Part shown: positions 26,510 to 35,757 of the stretch, in pieces
How positions within the stretch are numbered: the first letter of the stretch is position 1
Layout: the number at the start of each line of letters is the position of its first letter
Assembly (NCBI GenBank): GCA_963724765.1
Contig: CAVRVY010000004.1
Coordinates: forward strand, 224,001-288,000
Source of the DNA: an uncultured delta proteobacterium
Lineage (GTDB): Bacteria > Desulfobacterota > Binatia > Binatales > Binataceae
DNA length: 64,000 nucleotides
Direction of reading: 5' to 3'
Notes under the pieces: model-generated
Told to the model about the DNA's origin: nothing
Seen by the model: only the letters and a program-made list of their open reading frames with translations
Database searches by the model: none
Program-made: the position numbers and the translations under genes

Positions 26510-26765
26510 GGTAGAGGTTTACACAACTTCATATTGTCCCTACTGCACACAGGCCAAATCCCTGCTGAGAAGAAAGGGGGTCGCATTCGAGGAGATCGAC
26601 GTCTCCGGCGATTCGGCGTTGCGCGAGAAGATGATCGAGTTGTCCGGCGGCCGCCGCACGGTGCCCGAGATTTTCATCAACGGCAAAATTATCGGCGGCT
26701 ACGATGAGTTGCGTGCCCTGGAGGCCGCGGGCAAGCTCGACCCGCTGCTGACCGATCCCGGCTGA
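26502..26765 (+). CDS. grxC: Glutaredoxin 3
   Basis: CPYC, TVP.IFI, IGGYD. Confidence 0.93.
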   Translation: MAKVEVYTTSYCPYCTQAKSLLRRKGVAFEEIDVSGDSALREKMIELSGGRRTVPEIFINGKIIGGYDELRALEAAGKLDPLLTDPG

Positions 26766-26776
26766 GCGCGTAAGCG

Positions 26777-27070
26777 ATGAACGACGAATTCGACGGCGAA
26801 CGCTTTCCCGGTAATTTCTACCGCGGGATGATCATGCGGTTGGATCGGGCCCGCGGCCGCGGCGCCGTGCGCACGCATCAGGGACGCGAAGTGCCGTTCG
26901 AGTTCCCCTTTGTCGAGGTCGCCGGCGCGCCGCTCGGGGGCCGCTTCCCCGGCATCGATCTCTTGAGCGAAGGCGACAGCGTCGGCTTCGACGTCGGGTG
27001 GACGTCCAGCGGATTGCGCGTCACGCTGATCAAACCGGCACGCTCTCCTCGCGAGGCCGACCCGAACTAA
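26777..27070 (+). CDS. Hypothetical protein, cold-shock/OB-fold-like
   Basis: G.I...G.G.V...G.E..F and L.EGD.V.FDV pattern reminiscent of CSD. Confidence 0.65.
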   Translation: MNDEFDGERFPGNFYRGMIMRLDRARGRGAVRTHQGREVPFEFPFVEVAGAPLGGRFPGIDLLSEGDSVGFDVGWTSSGLRVTLIKPARSPREADPN

Positions 27071-27749
27071 AATCGCGACGCGCCTGGAACATCCGCCATA
27101 GCCTTACTCCCAGCGGATAGAACTCTCCGATCACTTCGAAGCGGTTGCGCGTATAGTAGGCGACGTTGGCCTCGGTCGCGGTCTCCAGGTACACGCCGTC
27201 GAGGTCGGAGCGCGTCTCCACCAACTCGCGCAGATGATTGAGGATTGCGACTCCGCAATGCCGCCCCTGGAATGACGGCTCCACGCCGAGGATGTTGAGA
27301 TAGAGATGGGGCTGCGGGGGATGATTGCGCGTGAGCGCATCGAGCAGCTTAATCGACCGCCGCACTCCGCCCCATCCCACCGCACGCACCATCGTGGGTA
27401 GGCTCAGCAGCCCGCTCGCGACGGTAGCGCCGGGCGAAGAGTGCATCGTTCCCTCGACCACCGCCGCGGCAATCAGGCGGCCGGCCTCGAACACGCCGAA
27501 GACCGGCTGGCCCTCGCCGCGCTGGAGCTTGAGCACGACCGCAAACAATCCGGCCAGGCGGCGTGCGCGTTCGACCGGTTCGCGCGGCTGGGGCGCGAGC
27601 GCGTTGATTAGAGGATCGTCGACGAACGCGCGGCTCAGCACGCCGGCGGCGTCGGCGTAGTGCTCGGGAAATACCAGCGCGACGCGCGGCCAGGTTTGAT
27701 CTATTGATTTCTTATCGGTCGATTTCTGATCTGTCGATTTCTGCGCCAT
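27030..27749 (-). CDS. GNAT acetyltransferase
   Basis: YLNILGVEPSFQGRHCG, YLET...NV.YY...F. Confidence 0.85.
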   Translation of the reverse strand: MAQKSTDQKSTDKKSIDQTWPRVALVFPEHYADAAGVLSRAFVDDPLINALAPQPREPVERARRLAGLFAVVLKLQRGEGQPVFGVFEAGRLIAAAVVEGTMHSSPGATVASGLLSLPTMVRAVGWGGVRRSIKLLDALTRNHPPQPHLYLNILGVEPSFQGRHCGVAILNHLRELVETRSDLDGVYLETATEANVAYYTRNRFEVIGEFYPLGVRLWRMFQARRDFSSGRPREESVPV

Positions 27750-27756
27750 CGATTTC
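27697..27756. repeat. 15-bp-period degenerate tandem repeat (GATTTC at 27706, 27721, 27736, 27751)
   Basis: Encodes the KSTDQ/KSTDK/KSIDQ pentapeptides at the GNAT N-terminus and spans its start codon. Confidence 0.7.
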
Positions 27757-27769
27757 TTTCGCCAAACCT

Positions 27770-29248
27770 TTAGCTGCGCACGCGCGCCACCGCCGCATGC
27801 CATCCGTTGACCAGCCGTACACGCTCGCCGGGTCGCATCGACGGACTAAAGAGCCGCCCGCTACGGCCGAGCGCCGCCAGCTCGTTGGGCGATCGCCACA
27901 GGCCCACCGCCAGTCCGGCCAGCATCGCCGCACCCAGCGCCGTGGTCTCGGCCATTTTCGGCCGCCGCACCGGCCGTCCAAGCACGTCAGCCTGAAACTG
28001 CATCAGGTAGCCGTTGGCGGTGGCGCCGCCGTCGACGCGCAGTTCGGGTACGCGGTGTCCGCTGTCCTTCTCCATCGCGGCCAACGCGTCGCGCACCTGG
28101 TAAGCGATCGAGTCGAGCGCCGCGCGCACGACGTCGGCGCGATTGGTGCCGCGGGTGATGCCGACGATCGCGCCGCGTGCGCCGGCATCCCAGTATGGCG
28201 CGCCGAGGCCGACGAAGGCCGGCACCAGGTAGGGCTGCGAGCGATCGCGGCTTAGTCGCGCGAGCTTTTCGCTCTCGGCCGCAGTTGCGATTATGCGCAT
28301 CTCGTCGCGGAGCCACTGGATCGCCGCGCCCGCGATGAACACCGAGCCCTCCAGCGCGTAGGCGGGCTCGCCCGCCGACCCCAACGCGGCGGTCGTCAGT
28401 AATCGATTGCGCGAGACGACCGCGCGCTCGCCCGTATGCATCAACAAAAACGCGCCGGTGCCGTAGGTCGCCTTGGCCGCGCCCGGGCTGACCGCACGCT
28501 GGCCGTAGAGCGCCGATTGCTGATCGCCGATAACCGCGCCGATAGGGATGGCGCGCGGCCCGAACATGCCTGCGGCCGCCTCGGCCAGCGGACCGCGCGA
28601 GCCGACCGGCTCGGGCAGCATCGCGGCCGGCACTCCGAGCATCCGCAGCATCGCGGCGTCCCACTTGCGCTCTTTAAGATTGAGCATCATGGTGCGCGAC
28701 GCGTTGGTGAAGTCGGTTACGAACGCCGCGCCACGCGAGAGCCGAAAGATCAGCCACGAATCGATCGTGCCGAAGCATAGTTCGCCGCGGGCGGCGCGCC
28801 GGCGCAACGTGCGGTCGCTGTCGAGCAGCCATTTGAGCTTGGTGCCCGAGAAGTATGGATCGATCAGCAGCCCGGTGCGCCGGCGGACCTCAACCTCGCG
28901 CAGGTTAAGCGCGGCGCAAATCGCGGCGCTACGCCGGCATTGCCATACGATTGCGCGATGCACGGGGCGGCCGCTCAGCCGCTCCCACACCACGAACGTC
29001 TCGCGCTGATTGGTGATTCCCACCGCGCCGATGCCGGCGGGCCTGATACGCGAGGCCGCGATCGCCTGGCGGCCCAGGCGCACGACCGAGCGGTAAATCT
29101 GCTCCGGGTCGTGTTCGACCCATCCGGGACGCGGATAGAACTGGCGTATCTCGCCGTAGGCGCGGCCCAGGATACGTCCGCGCCCGTCGAGCACCATCGC
29201 CGTGGTCCCGGTCGTTCCCTGGTCGATCGCAAGCACCCCCTCAGCCAT
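27770..29248 (-). CDS. glpK: Glycerol kinase
   Basis: AIDQGTT, ITNQRET, VWQCRR, GDQQSAL, TYGTG, GLGAPYW. Confidence 0.95.
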   Translation of the reverse strand: MAEGVLAIDQGTTGTTAMVLDGRGRILGRAYGEIRQFYPRPGWVEHDPEQIYRSVVRLGRQAIAASRIRPAGIGAVGITNQRETFVVWERLSGRPVHRAIVWQCRRSAAICAALNLREVEVRRRTGLLIDPYFSGTKLKWLLDSDRTLRRRAARGELCFGTIDSWLIFRLSRGAAFVTDFTNASRTMMLNLKERKWDAAMLRMLGVPAAMLPEPVGSRGPLAEAAAGMFGPRAIPIGAVIGDQQSALYGQRAVSPGAAKATYGTGAFLLMHTGERAVVSRNRLLTTAALGSAGEPAYALEGSVFIAGAAIQWLRDEMRIIATAAESEKLARLSRDRSQPYLVPAFVGLGAPYWDAGARGAIVGITRGTNRADVVRAALDSIAYQVRDALAAMEKDSGHRVPELRVDGGATANGYLMQFQADVLGRPVRRPKMAETTALGAAMLAGLAVGLWRSPNELAALGRSGRLFSPSMRPGERVRLVNGWHAAVARVRS

Positions 29249-29446
29249 CTGGATCTTGCCCTTTGCCTTTGCCCTTTGCCCCACCCACTGTGTCGGTCGC
29301 CTCTGCGTACTGCCGCGCGCTGAATCGCGCCTTAAGTTAGGCAAGGGCCGGGACCGCCGACAAGGGCCGCCGACTGCTTGCGTCCGATTTTCACCAGAGC
29401 CATGATAAGCTCGCGGTTGAAGCGCTACCGAAATGGAGCCCTGCGT

Positions 29447-30820
29447 ATGTCAACGAGCGCCGATCTGGTCGAAACCCGCGAACAGCTAATCCGTTACTTC
29501 GAGAGCGGCGCCAAACCGCGCGAGCAATGGCGGGTCGGGACCGAGTACGAAAAGGTAACGGTGTCGGCGCACGACGGGCGCGCCCTGCCCTATTCGGGGC
29601 CCCGCGGTATCGAGCAAATCCTGCGCCGGTTGGCTGAGCGCTATGGCTACGAGCCTGACGAGGAGCAGGGGCGCATGGTCGGGCTCAAGGGCGAGCGCGC
29701 CGCGATCACCATCGAGCCGGGCAGTCAGATCGAACTTTCGGGCGAGCAGTGCGAGACGATTCACTGCGCACACGCCGAGTTCAGCCGGCATATCGAACAG
29801 CTTGTCGAGGTCGGCCACGAATACGGCGCGGCGGTGCTGGGCCTGGGGATGCAGCCCATCAGCACGATCGACGAGATCGAGCTGATACCCAAGAAACGCT
29901 ACCGGATCATGTACCCGTATATGGCGCGCAAGGGACGGCTGGGCCAGCGGATGATGAAGCAGACCGCCGGCGTGCAGGCCAATCTCGACTACGGCGACGA
30001 AGCCGATGCGATGCGCAAGCTGCGCCTGAGCATGGGACTGGTGCCGCTGGTGTACGCGATGTTCGCGAATTCGCCGCTATGCGACGGCCGTCTCAACGGC
30101 TACCAGAGCTATCGCGGCCACATCTGGAACGATACTGACCCCGACCGCTGCGGTACTCTGGAGTTCGCTTTCCGCGACGACGCCGGCTTCGAGGATTACG
30201 TCGATTATGCGCTCGACGTTCCAATGTACTTCATCTATCGCAATCACGAGCCGCAGGATTTCACCAAGCCGCCGGGCATCACCTTTCGCCAATTCATGGA
30301 GCGCGGATGGCATGGCGAGCGCGCCAGCATGGACGACTGGGCCAGCCATCTAACCACGATCTTCACTGAGGTGCGGCTCAAGAAGTACGTCGAAGTGCGC
30401 ACCGCCGACAGTCAGCCGCCGGCGCTGATGCTGGCGCTGCCCGCGCTGTTCAAGGGCCTGCTCTACGATTCCGATTGCATGACCGGCGCCTGGGACCTGA
30501 TCAAGCGCTGGAGCTTCGAGGAGCGCCTGGAACTGACCGACAGCGCGCACAAGCTCGGCCTGGGGGCTCGTGCCGGCCGTATCAGCCTCCGCGAACTCGC
30601 GCTCGAAGCGCTGATGATCGCTACCGTCGGGCTGGAGCGCCAGCGCGGGCTCAACCAGCACGGCGACAACGAAAGCATCTACCTGCTGCGCCTGCTCGAC
30701 CAGGTGCGCAACGGATGGACCCAGGCGAGCCTCACGATCGAGCGCTGGAAGGGGCGATGGAACTACGACGTGCAGCGCCTGGTCGAGGGCACCGCGTACG
30801 AGGCCGAGGGGCTTAGCTGA
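29447..30820 (+). CDS. gshA: Glutamate--cysteine ligase (GCS2, plant/alphaproteobacterial type)
   Basis: GTEYEK, EPGSQIELSG, PKKRY, QANLD, FANSP, HLTTIFTEVRLK. Confidence 0.9.
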   Translation: MSTSADLVETREQLIRYFESGAKPREQWRVGTEYEKVTVSAHDGRALPYSGPRGIEQILRRLAERYGYEPDEEQGRMVGLKGERAAITIEPGSQIELSGEQCETIHCAHAEFSRHIEQLVEVGHEYGAAVLGLGMQPISTIDEIELIPKKRYRIMYPYMARKGRLGQRMMKQTAGVQANLDYGDEADAMRKLRLSMGLVPLVYAMFANSPLCDGRLNGYQSYRGHIWNDTDPDRCGTLEFAFRDDAGFEDYVDYALDVPMYFIYRNHEPQDFTKPPGITFRQFMERGWHGERASMDDWASHLTTIFTEVRLKKYVEVRTADSQPPALMLALPALFKGLLYDSDCMTGAWDLIKRWSFEERLELTDSAHKLGLGARAGRISLRELALEALMIATVGLERQRGLNQHGDNESIYLLRLLDQVRNGWTQASLTIERWKGRWNYDVQRLVEGTAYEAEGLS

Positions 30821-31713
30821 TGACGCTGCGCTTTTCCGAGCGCTACGTGATGGCGCTCAACCTGCTGTTGATAGCGATCCTGGCCTACTTCCTCGCGCTC
30901 TCGGTCGACGACATCATCCTCGGCCGCGTGGCCGGCGCGTCGACGCATCTGCCGTCGCTACTGGCCGCCGAGCGCTCCGCTCCGGTCACCCACCCGCGCG
31001 CCTTTTACGAGGCGATCTCCAGGCGGGATATCTTCAACCTGGTGCCGGCAACCGAAGCTCCCGCCGAGGTCGCAACCAATCTGCACATCAGGCTGCTTGG
31101 CACGTCGACGCTCACTCTTTCGCAGCCCTTCATCATCGTCGAAGATAACAACACCCACGAGCAATCGCTCTATCGGATGGGTGATGTGATTCCTGACGCG
31201 GGCACGCTCGTCGGCGTTTACAAAGACCACGCAATCATCCTGCACCTGGGACGGCGCACAAAACTCGAGATGCCGGCCGATGAGAATGGCACGCCGGCCG
31301 AAATGCCGCGTCCATTCGGGTTGCCCGGCACAGCGTTGCGCCGCAACTTTCGCGGGCGCACCAGCCGAAATGGAGTGCACGAGATTCAGCCCAACCGTTA
31401 CGTGCTCGACCGCTCAACCGTCGACAACAACCTCAATAATATGGCCGCGCTCTTCACCCAGGTCCGCGCCATTCCCAACCTGGGCCCGGACGGGCAATCT
31501 CACGGCTTCAAACTCTCCGAAATCCAGCCCGACTCGATTTTTCAACAGATCGGACTGCGCGACGGCGACGTTCTGACCGGCGTCGGCGGGCAGAGCGTGG
31601 GCGACCCCACCAAGGCGATAGAATTGTTGAGCGGCCTGCGCAGCCAGGACTCCATCAGTCTGACCGTGATGCGCGGCGGCCAGCCGGTCCAGCTCCAGTA
31701 CAACATCCGCTGA
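30820..31713 (+). CDS. gspC: Type II secretion protein GspC-like (TM, HR domain, PDZ)
   Basis: N-terminal TM, L.L.GT...II...YRMGD.I HR motif, PDZ (GFKL..I..DSIF..IGL.DGD). Confidence 0.82.
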   Translation: MTLRFSERYVMALNLLLIAILAYFLALSVDDIILGRVAGASTHLPSLLAAERSAPVTHPRAFYEAISRRDIFNLVPATEAPAEVATNLHIRLLGTSTLTLSQPFIIVEDNNTHEQSLYRMGDVIPDAGTLVGVYKDHAIILHLGRRTKLEMPADENGTPAEMPRPFGLPGTALRRNFRGRTSRNGVHEIQPNRYVLDRSTVDNNLNNMAALFTQVRAIPNLGPDGQSHGFKLSEIQPDSIFQQIGLRDGDVLTGVGGQSVGDPTKAIELLSGLRSQDSISLTVMRGGQPVQLQYNIR

Positions 31714-31715
31714 CC

Positions 31716-32762
31716 ATGGAAGTTCGGCCGGCACGCGGCAGCGAACGAGACCAGGTGCTTGACCTCCTCGCGCTGTGGTACGGCGATCGGGACTTCTTTG
31801 CCCGCTACAACCATTACGACCCCGGCTTCCGCGACCAGCTATGCCTGGTCGCATGCGAGCGCGGCCGTATCGTCGCGACCGCGCAAATTTTCGAGCGCGT
31901 CGTGAACCTGCGCGGCGCGCGCGTACCGATGGGCGGTGTCGGTTCGGTCTACACCATGGAGAGCCATCGCAGCCGCGGCCTCGGCTCCTCGCTGATGCGC
32001 TTGGCGCTTACGACGATGGAACGCGAGGGCTTCGAGATCTCGCTGCTGTTCGCCGAGCGGCTGGATTTCTATGCGCGTTTCGGATGGCACCCGGTGACGC
32101 GCCAGTTCAGCGCACTCGCCGACACCCAGACCATGCGCACCGCCGCAGGCTTGCGGCTCGCGCGCTTCGAGGAGACGCGCGACCTCCCACAAGTCGTCGC
32201 GCTCCATCGCGGCTATAGCGGCCGTTTCGATGGCGCCGCGGTCCGCGACTCGGCCGGATGGCGCGGCAATCTCCGCTACGCGGGAAATCCCGATGAATAC
32301 TTCATCGTATGCCGCCGCGACGCCGGCGACGGGCTCGCAGCTTATGTGCGCGCGATGCTGTTCCACGGTTTCCCGATGGTGATGGAGTACGGCTACGCGC
32401 CGGAGGCGACGGACGCGATGCTCGCACTGGTGCGGCATATTGGTGAGACGGCCTCGGGCGCTACGCCGTCGATCCCGCTGGAGGGCGGAAGCGGCGATGC
32501 GGCGACGCTACGCAATCCTGCGGACCCTCCCGGCCCGGCGCTGCTGGTGACCCATAGCGCTCACGACCTGGGGTTGGAGGAAAGCTTGCGCGCAGCCGGC
32601 GTCTTCGTGATGCATCATGCGGATAATTTCTTCATGTGGCGCGTAATCGCGCCGCACCTGCTCGGGCAACGCCTCGGGGTCGCGCCCGAGCACGCCGAAG
32701 CAGCCCTGTTCGCGATGCTCCAGGCGCCAGACGCGCTATATTGGACCGCGGATCGGTTTTGA
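31716..32762 (+). CDS. GNAT acetyltransferase (Eis-like N-terminus)
   Basis: GGVGSVYT...RSRGLG, FYARFGW. Confidence 0.85.
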   Translation: MEVRPARGSERDQVLDLLALWYGDRDFFARYNHYDPGFRDQLCLVACERGRIVATAQIFERVVNLRGARVPMGGVGSVYTMESHRSRGLGSSLMRLALTTMEREGFEISLLFAERLDFYARFGWHPVTRQFSALADTQTMRTAAGLRLARFEETRDLPQVVALHRGYSGRFDGAAVRDSAGWRGNLRYAGNPDEYFIVCRRDAGDGLAAYVRAMLFHGFPMVMEYGYAPEATDAMLALVRHIGETASGATPSIPLEGGSGDAATLRNPADPPGPALLVTHSAHDLGLEESLRAAGVFVMHHADNFFMWRVIAPHLLGQRLGVAPEHAEAALFAMLQAPDALYWTADRF

Positions 32763-32812
32763 TCTGTAACGCGCGCGGCAGCGCGGCTGGGGTGGTTTTG
32801 GAGGTTGCGGTT

Positions 32813-34069
32813 ATGCGCTCGTCCCACTTTTGTTCAGTTCCTTGCTCTCGCGTCGTTCACGGCCGTGGACTCGCATCCGCGACGCCCGCGCTGGCCCTCA
32901 TGGTCACGCTGCTGACAATGATGCTTACGATGATGGCGCCGGGTGCCGCGCTCGCGCGCCAGCGCCGATCGAATCCCGCTGCGGCCGCCAAGTCCGCGCA
33001 GCCGGATAAGCTCACTGAACCATACGCCGCCGCGCTCCTGATGGAGCCTGAGACCGGAACCGTGATGTTCGAGAATAACCCGCACAAGCCATGGCCCACC
33101 GCGTCGTTGGCCAAGATGATGATTGCGATGATCGTCGCCGAGAAGCTCGCCGACGGCAGTCTCAAACTTAGCGACAGGGTCACGGCCTCGCGCAAGGCGG
33201 CCGAGATGGGCGGCTCGCAAGTCTACCTCAAGGAGGGCGAGACGTTTTCGCTCGACGACATGATGAAGGCGATCATGGTGCACTCGGCCAACGACGCCTC
33301 GGTCGCGGTGGCCGAGTACGTGGGCGGCTCGACCGAAGCCTTCGTGCAGATGATGAACCGCGAGGCCGCCCGGCTCGGCATGAAAGATACGCATTACTAC
33401 TCGGTCCACGGCCTGCCGCCAGCGCCCGGCCAGCAGGCTGACGTTTCGAGCGCGTGGGACGAGGCCGTGCTGGCGCGCGCGCTGATCCAGTATCCGCAAG
33501 TCTTGCAATGGGCGTCGATTGATACCGCGCCGTTTCGAGGAGGCGCCTTCACCCTGCGCAACACCAATCACCTGGTGCGCACCTTTCCCGGATGCGACGG
33601 GCTCAAGACCGGCTTCTACTACGAGGCCGGCTTCAACGTGGTGGCGACCGCGCATCGGGACGGGATGCGTCTGATTGCCGTGGTGCTGGGCTCGCCCAGG
33701 AAGGGCGGGAACTTCAACTCGGGCGCCGAGCTTCTGGCCCAGGGCTTCGCGAACTACCAGATACGCGTCGTCGGCAAGCAGGGTGCGCCGATCGAGCAGG
33801 CGCTCGTGGTCAGCGATGGTTCTCTCGCGAGTTTAAGACCCGTATGGGCCAGGAACCTGAGCGTCCTGCAGAAACGCGGCGATGAAGCCGCGCTCAAGGT
33901 CGAATTTCAGCTTCCGGCCTCGCTCGCCGCGCCGATTCGCGTCGGACAGCAGGTCGGCGTCGGCGAGGCGACCTCGGGCGGCAAAGTGCTGGCCAGCGCT
34001 CCGCTGATCGCACCAGCGGCGATCGGCCCGCAGCAATCCCTGATGCAACGCCTGCGGAGCGCGCTCTGA
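32813..34069 (+). CDS. D-alanyl-D-alanine carboxypeptidase (peptidase S11, PBP5/6-like)
   Basis: SxxK (SLAK), SxN (SAN) and KTG motifs plus signal peptide; GGAGG before ATG 32813. Confidence 0.93.
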   Translation: MRSSHFCSVPCSRVVHGRGLASATPALALMVTLLTMMLTMMAPGAALARQRRSNPAAAAKSAQPDKLTEPYAAALLMEPETGTVMFENNPHKPWPTASLAKMMIAMIVAEKLADGSLKLSDRVTASRKAAEMGGSQVYLKEGETFSLDDMMKAIMVHSANDASVAVAEYVGGSTEAFVQMMNREAARLGMKDTHYYSVHGLPPAPGQQADVSSAWDEAVLARALIQYPQVLQWASIDTAPFRGGAFTLRNTNHLVRTFPGCDGLKTGFYYEAGFNVVATAHRDGMRLIAVVLGSPRKGGNFNSGAELLAQGFANYQIRVVGKQGAPIEQALVVSDGSLASLRPVWARNLSVLQKRGDEAALKVEFQLPASLAAPIRVGQQVGVGEATSGGKVLASAPLIAPAAIGPQQSLMQRLRSAL

Positions 34070-34175
34070 GACCGGCGTCAACTCGGATCGAAAACATCCG
34101 GACGCCAAAGCTCTCGCGCAAATCTGATCAGGTCAACTTTCCTGGCGGGTGCAAGCTCGCTCCGCGGCCTATAAC

Positions 34176-34655
34176 TTAGCCCTTGAAGCCATCAACGAAC
34201 TGCTTCCTGACCCAACCGTCCTCGTACGGCGTAAGAAACAGTATCTTCACTCTCAGATGCTTGAACAGCCAGTTCCCGCCGATCCTGACATACTCATCGT
34301 TATAAACTCCCGCCAGCCACACCGCCTTACCGTCCACGGTGCACGGCTGGAGCAACTTCCACTCGGCCGTAGCTTTGTCTCCCTGCACGTTGATGATCGG
34401 GTTCATGACGTTATGGATCGCGAACTTGAAGGATTTCGAGGCGCCTTTAAAAAACTTCCGAATCGCCTCGCGCCCTTCGAATTTACCGATGCCGTTGCCC
34501 TCCCAGATCGCGTCTTCGGTATATAGAGCGGCGATTCCGTCGGCATCATAGTTGTCATCGCAATAGTGACAGTATTGATGCTTCAGTCTTTTGATGGCCT
34601 CGACATCTTCGAGCGATTGAATCCGCTTCTCGAGATCCCTGGGGTCCATTTCCAT
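34176..34655 (-). CDS. SnoaL/NTF2-like (LinA/BaiE-like) protein
   Basis: LED.EAI..LK..Y...CD, H...NP.I, Y.D.Y....G.W; visibly lower GC. Confidence 0.87.
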   Translation of the reverse strand: MEMDPRDLEKRIQSLEDVEAIKRLKHQYCHYCDDNYDADGIAALYTEDAIWEGNGIGKFEGREAIRKFFKGASKSFKFAIHNVMNPIINVQGDKATAEWKLLQPCTVDGKAVWLAGVYNDEYVRIGGNWLFKHLRVKILFLTPYEDGWVRKQFVDGFKG

Positions 34656-34784
34656 CCCTCCTGCATCTTGGCAGCCATTGTGCGATCGACTTCGCCCGCA
34701 GGCAAGGACAATCAGTAGTCGCCCGGCGCGCGCTGAGGGCGCGCACGGCTTGGCCTGAGCCGGTCAGGAGCGGACACTTAATCG

Positions 34785-35699
34785 ATGCCACCAAAGAAGC
34801 TCGCAATCGCCGGCGCAATCGCGCTCGCCGTTTTCATCCTCATAAATCTCGGACTTCACTTTGGCCAGAAGCGTCACGACCGGTTGGACTACTCCGTCAG
34901 CCAGGCCTTCCCACCCGACAAGCCGTTCGTGCCCGGCGAGATCTATGCCACCACGCTCGCCGCGATCATGGAAAACGAGCTCAACGGCTTCTTTGGATGG
35001 CGTCCGAACGATTTCCCGCTGTGGGGCATGCACGTGATGGCCGACAACAACGCCAACCGCCAGCTCGGCATCATCATGGCGGTGCGCGAGACCACGCGCG
35101 TCTTCAAAGACCATCTGACCAAGGTGTCGTCGAACGAATACGACCCGAACCTGGTGATTGCGGATACCGATTTCCGCAACGATGCGCAGAAGTGGATATT
35201 ACCGTCGGCGGAGTCGAAGTATCGCGACGGCGTGCGCCATCTGCACCTTTATGTAGCCGGCCTCCACGCCAATCCCGAGACCTCGCGCGAACTCAACCAG
35301 CGCAACGTCGAACTTGTCCGCCTCCTCCAGGCATGGAGCGACATGCTTGGCGACGCGCACGCCAATCTCTATCGCACCCGCAAGGACAACGGCAGCGCGG
35401 TCCACAGTTGGGACGTCGATGACTACTTCTACCACGCCCAAGGCTACGCGCACGTGATGTTTTACATGATGCAGGCCGTCAAGCGCGAGTATCACCAGTC
35501 GCTCACCACCAAGCCGGTGCTGGCGCAACTGTTCGACGAAACGATCGATGCGCTCGGTAATGCGGCGACGCTCAAGCCGCTGATCGTGCTCGACGGTTCA
35601 CCCCAGGGGATTTTTGCCAATCATCGCCGCGACCTCGATACCTACATTTCCGAGGCGCGCCAGAAAATGTATTCGCTCCGCGAAGAGCTCGAGCGCTAG
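34785..35699 (+). CDS. DUF2333-like membrane-anchored protein
   Basis: N-terminal TM; W.PND, DN..N.QLG, W..PSAES.Y, D.YFY.A.G, NH pattern. Confidence 0.78.
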   Translation: MPPKKLAIAGAIALAVFILINLGLHFGQKRHDRLDYSVSQAFPPDKPFVPGEIYATTLAAIMENELNGFFGWRPNDFPLWGMHVMADNNANRQLGIIMAVRETTRVFKDHLTKVSSNEYDPNLVIADTDFRNDAQKWILPSAESKYRDGVRHLHLYVAGLHANPETSRELNQRNVELVRLLQAWSDMLGDAHANLYRTRKDNGSAVHSWDVDDYFYHAQGYAHVMFYMMQAVKREYHQSLTTKPVLAQLFDETIDALGNAATLKPLIVLDGSPQGIFANHRRDLDTYISEARQKMYSLREELER

Positions 35700-35757
35700 G
35701 CTGCACCACCTCGCGCCTGCGTGTCTGATTACTGATCGGCTCGAGGCGGGTGATGAA

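Noticed and set aside
25778-26765. Arsenosugar biosynthesis cluster around the TIGR04283-like glycosyltransferase
   Set aside because: No radical SAM or other partner genes nearby; it sits in a purMN housekeeping run
29255-29281. (C)TTTGCC short tandem repeat upstream of glpK as a phase-variation tract
   Set aside because: Only four imperfect units and no evidence of function
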